DNA of 32,000 bases from Alphaproteobacteria bacterium (lineage in GTDB: Bacteria > Pseudomonadota > Alphaproteobacteria > Rs-D84): NCBI GenBank assembly GCA_017475605.1, contig JAFVFD010000005.1, positions 150,001 through 182,000 on the forward strand, in the 5' to 3' direction. Positions 16,544-23,480 of the stretch are shown piece by piece; position 1 is the stretch's first letter; each line of letters begins with the position of its first letter. The position numbers and the translations under genes were made by a program. The notes under the pieces are model-generated. The model was not told the DNA's origin and made no database searches. It worked only from the letters and a program-made list of their open reading frames with translations.

Positions 16544-17251
16544 ATGTTACGCACTATTATTTTTAAAATTGCATCTGCAATACATTTTATTTTATGGGCA
16601 CCAATTTTGTTCATCGGGCTTATCGATGCGAAACTGTGTCGTTTTTTGGTGGTGTCATGCGCACGCGGTCTGGTATTTTTGGCACGCATTATATGCGGTA
16701 TAAAATACGCGGTACATTTTCCCCCAACCGAAGAAAATGGTGTTCCAATGTTACCAAATGGCAATCACCGTCTTGATGGCAAGGCTATTGTTGCGTCAAA
16801 ACATATGTCGTTATTAGAAATTGCGGTTTTATCATTCAAGATTCCAAATGCCTTTTTTATCTGCAAGCGCGAAATTATGTGGATACCGATTTATGGCTGG
16901 GCATTTTGGCGCATGGGATTACAGCCGGTTAACCGTTCACGTGGGAAAACAAACCTTAAAAAACTGGAACACGATGTAGCCAAGAAAATTATGGACGGAC
17001 GCACACTTGTGATTTTTCCCGAAGGAACACGCGTAAAACCGGGCACGCGCGCGCCCCTGCGTCGCGGATTATTGTTTTTGGCACATGAATTAAAATTGCC
17101 GATTTTACCCGTTGGAACGGATGCCGGACTTTATTGGCCCAAACGCGGAAAAATGACACCAGGTACCGCGAATGTGTATTTTGAACCAATGTTGCCATGT
17201 AATGCGACATTGGAAGAAATAAGTGAAGCGATAAACCGCCACAGTGCATAA
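16544..17251 (+). CDS. plsC: 1-acyl-sn-glycerol-3-phosphate acyltransferase family protein
   Basis: The ATG at 16544 follows an AGAGGG RBS. It has an H(X4)D/E-type block (KHMSLLE) and an FPEGTR block (VIFPEGTRVKPG). Confidence 0.75.
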   Translation: MLRTIIFKIASAIHFILWAPILFIGLIDAKLCRFLVVSCARGLVFLARIICGIKYAVHFPPTEENGVPMLPNGNHRLDGKAIVASKHMSLLEIAVLSFKIPNAFFICKREIMWIPIYGWAFWRMGLQPVNRSRGKTNLKKLEHDVAKKIMDGRTLVIFPEGTRVKPGTRAPLRRGLLFLAHELKLPILPVGTDAGLYWPKRGKMTPGTANVYFEPMLPCNATLEEISEAINRHSA

Positions 17252-17293
17252 AAAATCCCCTTTGCTGTGCGAAGGGGTGTCTGCGAAGCAGAC
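17251..17293. terminator. Two adjacent hairpins serving the convergent plsC and nuclease genes
   Basis: The first hairpin is CCCCTT/AAGGGG (17257-17262 and 17272-17277), preceded by an A-run that reads as a T-run on the minus strand. The second is GTCTGC/GCAGAC (17279-17284 and 17288-17293), followed by a T-rich stretch on the plus strand. Confidence 0.6.
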
Positions 17294-17302
17294 GGGGTAG
17301 TT

Positions 17303-17716
17303 TTATTCACACCAACCGGCGCGTTTGCCGCCACCATATGGCCGCCCCAGTTTTTCATTAATTAAAACCTGCCCTACATTGCGACCATCGGGCAGAATAA
17401 CATTTGCGTCAATTCGCCCCAGGTATTTATCGTCCTTGATATTCTGTAAATCAATAACTGTACCGGCCGGTATCAATTCCATAAGACGCGCCCGCGCCAT
17501 TTTGGCACGCATGATTTCATATTCACACTTTCCATGTATTTCGGGGGTATCTATATTTATCAATCGCACCCGAACGGAAATATCAACGTCCGGCGCAATC
17601 GAAACATATGCCGCAAAAGTATCGCCATCATAGACATAGTCTGCAACCGCCGGCACCGCGTACGCATAACGCGACATCACACATAAAACAACAAATGCGA
17701 TATATTTTATTTTCAT
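17303..17716 (-). CDS. Secreted thermonuclease (SNase-like) family protein
   Basis: Signal peptide MKIKYIAFVVLCVMSRYAYA|V. The motifs YDGDTF...VRVRLINIDTPE...DKYLGRIDANV...G...L....LGRPY match the staphylococcal-nuclease fold. The start is 3 nt after the tolB stop. Confidence 0.7.
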   Translation of the reverse strand: MKIKYIAFVVLCVMSRYAYAVPAVADYVYDGDTFAAYVSIAPDVDISVRVRLINIDTPEIHGKCEYEIMRAKMARARLMELIPAGTVIDLQNIKDDKYLGRIDANVILPDGRNVGQVLINEKLGRPYGGGKRAGWCE

Positions 17717-17719
17717 AAA

Positions 17720-19039
17720 CTACATCAACCGCGGCGACCATGTTGGTTCCAGGCCGTTTATATTGTCCGGCAAATCAATATCATAGATATTCTGGCCGGT
17801 AATATCGACACTGCGAATATGGCTTATACGTTCAATGTCGTCTTCGGCCTTTTCCGTTTCATAATAGACAATACGACGCGACCCCGGTGCCCAGGACGGT
17901 GCCTCCATAAACCAGCCGCCCGCCAAAATCTTTTCATTACGACCGCGCGGATCCATTATACCAATATAAAATGTATCATCGGCGATTTTGGAAAATGCGA
18001 TAAATTGACCGTCCGGCGACCATGCCGGTGTTGCATACCGCCCCGCCCCGTACGTAACACGTTCTTCGGCTAATGTTTCCAGGTCCAATATATGAATCTG
18101 TTGACGGCCCGAACGATCGGAATTAAATGCCATTTTTTTGCCGTCCGGTGAATAAGATGGACTGGTGTTAATAGAATTACCAAATGTCAATTGGCGCAAC
18201 GCCTTGTTTTCAATATCATATTCATATATATGTGTAATACCGTCTTTGACCAGGGATAAAGCAATCTTTTTACCATCTGGTGAAAAACGCGGTGCAAAGT
18301 TCATTCCACCGAATCGTCCCAGTCTGCGCTGTTCGCCTGTATCCAGGTCCAGCGACCATACCATCGGGTCATCATCACGATAGGATAAAAATACAACTGT
18401 GCGCATATTTGGTGAAAAATGTGGCGACATAACAAATGTCTTTTCATCGGAAAGATAGCGCATACCATACCCATCATAGTCCATAATCGCCATACGTTTC
18501 ACACGTTTGTGCACAGGCCCGGTTTCAGCAATAAACACTATTTGTGTATCAAAATACCCCTCTTCCCCGGTCAGACGTTCATAAATCGCATCTGCCATAA
18601 TGTGCGCCATGCGCCGCGCCGATTTTTTATTCGCAACCAGACTTTGTGCTTCTATCTGTTCTGTACCGTTAACATCCCAAACAAAGAACTCTAATTTATA
18701 TTGACCATTTTTTTCCACATTCATACGCGCCTGGACCAGAACCTGGGTTTTAATCGCCATCCACGATTTAAAGTTCGGCATTTCGCCCATTTTAACATAT
18801 TCTGGGAACGCATCATGTGAAACAATACGGAACAACCCAGTGCGTTTAAGGTCGGCTTCCACCACCTCCCTTATCATTTTGGCATCAGATGCCGCGACAC
18901 CATTACCCGTTTCAAATTTCTGGACGGCAACCGACGTCGGTTCCAGCGCGCCGGCAACAATATCAACCTTTAATTCAGAACGCGCCGGCAACACGAACGA
19001 TACACACAACGCGAAAACCATAAATATTTTTTTAAGCAT
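17720..19039 (-). CDS. tolB: Tol-Pal system periplasmic beta-propeller protein TolB
   Basis: 439 aa with a signal peptide, an N-terminal TolB domain, and repeated propeller blades of the ...P.WSPDG..IAF type. Confidence 0.9.
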   Translation of the reverse strand: MLKKIFMVFALCVSFVLPARSELKVDIVAGALEPTSVAVQKFETGNGVAASDAKMIREVVEADLKRTGLFRIVSHDAFPEYVKMGEMPNFKSWMAIKTQVLVQARMNVEKNGQYKLEFFVWDVNGTEQIEAQSLVANKKSARRMAHIMADAIYERLTGEEGYFDTQIVFIAETGPVHKRVKRMAIMDYDGYGMRYLSDEKTFVMSPHFSPNMRTVVFLSYRDDDPMVWSLDLDTGEQRRLGRFGGMNFAPRFSPDGKKIALSLVKDGITHIYEYDIENKALRQLTFGNSINTSPSYSPDGKKMAFNSDRSGRQQIHILDLETLAEERVTYGAGRYATPAWSPDGQFIAFSKIADDTFYIGIMDPRGRNEKILAGGWFMEAPSWAPGSRRIVYYETEKAEDDIERISHIRSVDITGQNIYDIDLPDNINGLEPTWSPRLM

Positions 19040-19148
19040 ATTTTCCCTTCCATATATATGAACAACACCCCCATTTTAAACATACAAATTATAAAAAGCA
19101 AAAACATATTTTTGATTTACACACGCCCCCACAACCGCCATTACACCA

Positions 19149-19225
19149 GTAATTACAAGTGTATTTATATTTGTATTGACAATTGTAAATACATTGATAT
19201 AGTCAGTTGTAATTACCGGTGTATT
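19149..19225 (+). promoter_or_regulatory. Candidate promoter (TTGACA 19176-19181, 16 nt spacer, TATAGT 19198-19203) bracketed by two 17-nt direct repeats
   Basis: GTAATTAC-NN-GTGTATT occurs at 19149-19165 and 19209-19225, matching at 15 of 17 positions and 60 nt apart. GTAATTAC is itself palindromic. An additional inverted repeat, GTATTTA (19161-19167) and TAAATAC (19186-19192), spans the -35 element. Confidence 0.45.
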
Positions 19226-19248
19226 GTTATACGTATAGAGGTTTGCCA

Positions 19249-19470
19249 ATGCCGAATGTTTTGCAACAATTATTCATAATGAACATAGATTCTTTGTTGC
19301 GCGAATATGCCGCATACAAGACATTTAACAAATCTGACTGTGTGATAAATATGCGTATTCCAAAACCCGTTCTGGAAAAGATTAAACAGTTGGCTGAACA
19401 ACAACACGTGCCCTATCAATCACTTATATCATCGGTGTTGTTTTCCCTGGCCAATGTAGAAGATAAATAA
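19249..19470 (+). CDS. BrnA/CopG-like ribbon-helix-helix protein (type II antitoxin-like)
   Basis: The ATG at 19249 lies 7 nt after AGAGG. The segment INMRIPKPVLEKIKQLAEQQHVPYQSLISSVL matches the BrnA-type pattern (RLP...L..LK..A...GIPYQTLI). 73 aa. Confidence 0.55.
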   Translation: MPNVLQQLFIMNIDSLLREYAAYKTFNKSDCVINMRIPKPVLEKIKQLAEQQHVPYQSLISSVLFSLANVEDK

Positions 19471-19481
19471 AACAAATAAAA

Positions 19482-19511
19482 AACGCGACCAAATGGCCGC
19501 GTTAATTTTTT
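19482..19511. terminator. Bidirectional terminator between convergent genes
   Basis: Stem AACGCGACC/GGCCGCGTT with one mismatch, flanked by an A-run and a T-run. Confidence 0.6.
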
Positions 19512-19523
19512 ATTCCGATTTAT

Positions 19524-19871
19524 TTAAAAAGCAGCCGAAACACAACCTAATACTGCGCCACCAGATGCACTTGTAATAAATCTTAATAATAAACCAACAC
19601 CGAACAACAAGATAAAGCCAACCAATAAACCGGTTCCTTTGTCTTTCAAATCTTTGATTTCTGCTTTACCACTGGAAATATAACCCCATGCCCAGCCGGC
19701 AATCATAAATGCGGCACCAATAAATGCGAATGTCTGCAACATGGTGAATACACCCTTTAAATCGCTGACCAATTGGCAGATAGCACTTTCGTTCACAACA
19801 GCTGCAAACGCAGGATTCGCAACCGCCGCGGCAACAATCGCAAAACTTATTTTATTCATAATTTTTTTCAT
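19524..19871 (-). CDS. Small secreted two-TM protein with TrbC/VirB2-like (T4SS pilin) architecture
   Basis: 115 aa. Signal peptide ...VANPAFA|A, followed by two hydrophobic helices separated by a charged loop (SSGKAEIKDLKDKG). There are local resemblances to Agrobacterium VirB2 (ICxxx..., AGWAWG versus ISWMFG, and a Gly-rich tail). Confidence 0.4.
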   Translation of the reverse strand: MKKIMNKISFAIVAAAVANPAFAAVVNESAICQLVSDLKGVFTMLQTFAFIGAAFMIAGWAWGYISSGKAEIKDLKDKGTGLLVGFILLFGVGLLLRFITSASGGAVLGCVSAAF

Positions 19872-19937
19872 AGGATTCCCCTTTCTATATTTTCTTGTAA
19901 CTTAATTTTATCATAAAAAAAGCAATTATTCAAATAT

Positions 19938-19963
19938 AAAAGGCACCCGACGGGTGCCTTTTT
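19938..19963 (-). terminator. Intrinsic terminator after the lipoprotein gene
   Basis: Stem AGGCACCC/GGGTGCCT with a 3 nt loop, flanked by A and T runs. Confidence 0.75.
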
Positions 19964-19982
19964 ACATAAAAATCATTTCAAC

Positions 19983-20324
19983 TTACATCGCTGGAACAAT
20001 GACATAACGTTGTGTTTTTGCACATGCCCCACAACCACAGGACGAAGTTGTATTTGCCGCACGTGTCAAAACCGCACGATTTGGACGTGGCGCCACACCA
20101 CCATTGTCGCGTGCAAACAAATCTGCGCAAGATGTGTTGCGGTAAACAACGCGTTTGTCTGTGTTCAAACCACGAATGTCGTTTGTATAGTGGGAACCAT
20201 ATTCACCAGAATAGAAAATACAATCATCACCATCCTGGACATAGCGAACCCCGCCACGATAGTAATCATACGCACAGCCCGCCAACGCAGCCAGCGCAAC
20301 AACTGAAAACAATATTTTTTTCAT
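19983..20324 (-). CDS. Small lipoprotein of unknown function with a C-terminal Cys cluster
   Basis: The ATG at 20324 gives MKKILFSVVALAALAGC (lipobox LAGC). The C-terminal region contains SSCGCGACAK. 113 aa. The longer track start at 20417 lacks support. Confidence 0.6.
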   Translation of the reverse strand: MKKILFSVVALAALAGCAYDYYRGGVRYVQDGDDCIFYSGEYGSHYTNDIRGLNTDKRVVYRNTSCADLFARDNGGVAPRPNRAVLTRAANTTSSCGCGACAKTQRYVIVPAM

Positions 20325-20447
20325 AACACAACCCTTTGTTTGTTGTCGTCTCTCTGCGCGCCCCCGATTCGTTGATATAATTGTTGCACAAACTGACCCG
20401 TTGTCAAGGCTGTACAAAAATAAAAATCACACAAACGGCCCTAAATA

Positions 20448-20456
20448 TGCTATAAT
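20448..20456 (+). promoter_or_regulatory. Extended -10 element (TGCTATAAT) upstream of fba
   Basis: TG at 20448-20449 and TATAAT at 20451-20456. An AAGGAAGG RBS sits at 20464-20471 and the ATG at 20477. Confidence 0.45.
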
Positions 20457-20476
20457 TTCACCCAAGGAAGGCAGAT

Positions 20477-21421
20477 ATGAAATATTCAGATTTTGGGCTG
20501 GTAAATACCCGCGAAATGTTCGTGGATGCGATTGCGCGCAAATACGCGGTGCCGGCTTTTAATTTTTACAACATGGAAACCTTGACCGCAATTTTGGCGG
20601 CGGCCCGCAAAATGCACAGCCCTGTTATTTTGGCGGCATCTGAAAGTGCTATTAAATATATGGGCGACGACATGCTTTTGGGCCTGATTACCGGGGCATG
20701 TATAACCCCAACCGAACGCATAGCATTACACCTGGACCATGGGCATTCGCTGGACGCGTGTATCCATGCGATTGAACTGGGGTTTTCGTCGGTCATGATT
20801 GATGCTTCAAACCTGCCATTTGATGAAAATATAAAATTGTCGCGCGCGGTTGCGAAATATGCGCATCGCCATAATGTTTCGGTCGAAGCCGAGCTTGGCG
20901 TGCTTTCTGGAATCGAAGATGAAAATACTTCGGCCACCGATTCGTCATACACCGACCCCGATGCCGCATTGGAATTTGTCCGCGCAACCGGTGTTGATTC
21001 ACTGGCGGTTGCCATTGGCACCAGCCATGGTGTCTATAAATGTAAATCTGCGGACGAAAAATTGCGATTTGATATTTTGCGTAAAATTGAAAAAAAATTA
21101 CCAGATTTTCCACTGGTTTTACATGGCGCATCAAGTGTTCACCCAAAATTTCTGGAAATAATAAATTCATATGGCGGAAAAATTAAACACGCATGCGGCA
21201 TAGATGAAAAACAATTATCACGCGCCGCAAAAACAAATATTTGTAAAATAAACGTGGACAGTGATTTGCGCCTGGGCTTTACCGCCGCCGTTCGCAAAAC
21301 AATAAAAGAAAGTCCAGACACATTTAACCCACGCGACTATTTGGCAAACGCAATAAAATATATGACGGAAACATGCACATATGAAATCACACATAAAATG
21401 CACAGTAAAAATAAAGCATAA
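20477..21421 (+). CDS. fba: Class II fructose-bisphosphate aldolase family protein
   Basis: 314 aa. VPAFNFYNMETL, HLDHG and the later GTSHG and LVLHGASS blocks are typical of class II FBA/tagatose-bisphosphate aldolases. Confidence 0.85.
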   Translation: MKYSDFGLVNTREMFVDAIARKYAVPAFNFYNMETLTAILAAARKMHSPVILAASESAIKYMGDDMLLGLITGACITPTERIALHLDHGHSLDACIHAIELGFSSVMIDASNLPFDENIKLSRAVAKYAHRHNVSVEAELGVLSGIEDENTSATDSSYTDPDAALEFVRATGVDSLAVAIGTSHGVYKCKSADEKLRFDILRKIEKKLPDFPLVLHGASSVHPKFLEIINSYGGKIKHACGIDEKQLSRAAKTNICKINVDSDLRLGFTAAVRKTIKESPDTFNPRDYLANAIKYMTETCTYEITHKMHSKNKA

Positions 21422-21424
21422 AAA

Positions 21425-21448
21425 ACACCAGCAAATGCCGGTGTTTTT
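21425..21448 (+). terminator. Intrinsic terminator after fba
   Basis: Stem ACACCAGC/GCCGGTGT with one mismatch and loop AAAT, followed by a T-run. Confidence 0.6.
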
Positions 21449-21547
21449 GTAAATAAATTAGAATGGTGCAGATGCGCCGTTGTTGTCAAGTGAAGTGTAC
21501 AAATGCTACATGAACGCGACAACAACAAGCAGATGCGCCATTATAAT

Positions 21548-22117
21548 TTATTTTGCTCTTTCAACATATTCCAGTGTTTCCGTATTCACGACAATCTTTT
21601 CATCTTGTTCAATGAACAATGGAACCTGGACACGAACACCATTGTCCAAAATCGCTGGTTTACCACCAGACGAAGAAACAGTTTGCCCCTTTAATGCAGG
21701 TTCTGTTTCAACAACGGTTGCAACAACTGTTTTCGGCAACGAAATAGAAACCGGCTGACCTTCAACAAAGTTTGCCTTGACCGTCATTTCCGGTGCCAAG
21801 AATTTCATTTGTTCACCCAATGCATCCACTGGCATCGTGAATTGTTCATAGTCAGACAAATTCATAAAGAACGCATCTGTACCATCCGAATACAAATATT
21901 GGCAATCGAAATCTTCAACCATCAACTTTTCAACTTTGTCTTCGGCGCGCCAGCGATCGCCGCCCTTGTTTCCAGAATCAATATCACGCAGGTCCGCCTG
22001 GACAAATGCGCCGCCCTTGCCTGGTTTTACCTTAGTAATAGATGTAACCGAATAACGTTTGCCGTTGTGGGAAATAACCCAACCAACACGCATATCATTT
22101 GCAGCATATGATGCCAT
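21548..22117 (-). CDS. efp: Translation elongation factor P
   Basis: The ATG at 22117 follows AGGGGG. MASYAANDMRVG...KVKPGKGGAFV...GGKPA...VQVPLFI is collinear with E. coli EF-P. The track start at 22153 would lie inside the predicted promoter. Confidence 0.9.
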   Translation of the reverse strand: MASYAANDMRVGWVISHNGKRYSVTSITKVKPGKGGAFVQADLRDIDSGNKGGDRWRAEDKVEKLMVEDFDCQYLYSDGTDAFFMNLSDYEQFTMPVDALGEQMKFLAPEMTVKANFVEGQPVSISLPKTVVATVVETEPALKGQTVSSSGGKPAILDNGVRVQVPLFIEQDEKIVVNTETLEYVERAK

Positions 22118-22152
22118 TTTATACCCCCTGGGTTTTAATAAATAACGCGACA

Positions 22153-22180
22153 ATTATACGCGCCCGCGCGCAAAACGCAA
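22153..22180 (-). promoter_or_regulatory. Candidate sigma70-type promoter for efp (TTGCGT-16 nt-TATAAT)
   Basis: On the minus strand the -35 is TTGCGT (22180-22175) and the -10 is TATAAT (22158-22153). Confidence 0.45.
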
Positions 22181-22190
22181 GATTAAAGTT

Positions 22191-22218
22191 AAAAAAAATC
22201 GCCCAAACGGGCGATTTT
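22191..22218 (-). terminator. Intrinsic terminator after dnaN
   Basis: Stem ATCGCCC/GGGCGAT with a 4 nt loop, followed on the minus strand by T8. Confidence 0.8.
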
Positions 22219-22220
22219 AA

Positions 22221-23339
22221 CTACATACGCATAGGCATCAAAACGAACAAAGAATCGGTTTTCTTGTCCGTTGATTTAATAATCGTTGGCGATAACGGAT
22301 CCTGCATTTCCATCTGGAACTTTTCGCCTTCAACCTGACCCGCTACATCTAACAAGAACTTTACATTAAACACAATGGTAAATGAATTATCGCCATTGTA
22401 TTCAACATCTAATTCCTGGGTTGCGGTACCGGCATCTGGGCTGGACGCGTTAATAACCAATTTATTCATAGAAAATGTTAATTGAACAGATTTAGTTTTA
22501 TCAATTGATGCAACCGAAACCAAATCAACCGCATCAACAAATTGTTTTCTGTCCAGAACTGCAATCTTGTCATTACCTTTTGGAATAACGACGCGATAAT
22601 TCGGATATTGCGCATCAACCAATTTGCTGGTCAACGTAGCCGCACCAACAACAAAGCGTGCCTTGGTATCAGACAATTCAACCGAAACATCATCTACATT
22701 TGCATCTTCCAACAATTTGGACAATTCACCAATCACACGACGTGGCAAAATCACAGATGGCATTTCCACAGAACCGTTTGGTGCCGCCATCGCGCACAAT
22801 GCCATACGCTGGGCATCGGTTGCGACCGCGGTAAGCATTTTGGATTTACCTTCTTCTGCGATATGAAAGAATATGCCCCCCAAATGATAACGCACATCGT
22901 CGGTCGGAATTGCAAACTTAGTCTGATTAATAAGATGTGCCAAATCACCAGTTGTCATTTGGAATTTGGTGGTTAAATTGCTGCCCGCCATCGCCGGGAA
23001 GTTTTCAGCCGGCAAAGTTGGCAAACGGAACACCGCACGACCAGATGACACAACCAACTGGTCGCCCGATTGTTTAAAACTTATTTCCGCCGCATCTGGT
23101 AATTTACGGACAATATCGTACAACATCTGGACCGGCACAGTCGTTTTACCACCCAATGTAATATCGGCCGCGACATGTTCAACCAATTCCAAATCAACAT
23201 TTGTCGCAGACAACACCAAATCATCGGCCACTTCGATTTTAACATTCATCAAAATCGGCAGTGTTGCACGTTTTTCAACGATAGACTGCATGTGCCCCAG
23301 CGCACGAATTAAAACCTGACGAAATACCGAAAATTCCAT
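22221..23339 (-). CDS. dnaN: DNA polymerase III beta sliding clamp
   Basis: 372 aa with a three-domain clamp layout. The N-terminus reads ...L..AL..V..IVEKR.TLPIL.NV.I. An AGGAG RBS is present. Confidence 0.9.
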   Translation of the reverse strand: MEFSVFRQVLIRALGHMQSIVEKRATLPILMNVKIEVADDLVLSATNVDLELVEHVAADITLGGKTTVPVQMLYDIVRKLPDAAEISFKQSGDQLVVSSGRAVFRLPTLPAENFPAMAGSNLTTKFQMTTGDLAHLINQTKFAIPTDDVRYHLGGIFFHIAEEGKSKMLTAVATDAQRMALCAMAAPNGSVEMPSVILPRRVIGELSKLLEDANVDDVSVELSDTKARFVVGAATLTSKLVDAQYPNYRVVIPKGNDKIAVLDRKQFVDAVDLVSVASIDKTKSVQLTFSMNKLVINASSPDAGTATQELDVEYNGDNSFTIVFNVKFLLDVAGQVEGEKFQMEMQDPLSPTIIKSTDKKTDSLFVLMPMRM

Positions 23340-23393
23340 TTTATATACTCCTAATTATTTTGCGGCTACATCTCTCTTTTGATTCACTTTATC

Positions 23394-23436
23394 AAAAAAT
23401 GCCGATTCGGTGCAAGGGTAAAAGCACCACCCGGCA
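23394..23436 (-). terminator. Probable intrinsic terminator after cdaA
   Basis: An interrupted stem (TGCCG...GTGC / GCAC...CGGCA) is followed on the minus strand by T6 (complement of 23394-23399). Confidence 0.45.
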
Positions 23437-23480
23437 AAAAACAATTTAACCATCGAAAAAGACACTGTTTTTTCAAAAAA

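Noticed and set aside
19040-20420. Discrete mobile element (IS, MITE or integrative islet) carrying the RHH, VirB2-like and lipoprotein genes
   Set aside because: No transposase, integrase, terminal inverted repeats or target-site duplications could be identified by eye. The AT-rich character and the orphan genes are only suggestive, so they are reported as separate low-confidence observations instead.
23340-23480. Replication origin upstream of dnaN, and a small 33-codon ORF in the spacer
   Set aside because: No dnaA gene is present, and no cluster of TTATCCACA-like boxes or AT-rich 13-mers could be seen. The spacer is better explained by a terminator hairpin for cdaA plus the dnaN RBS. The mini-ORF has no RBS and overlaps the hairpin.
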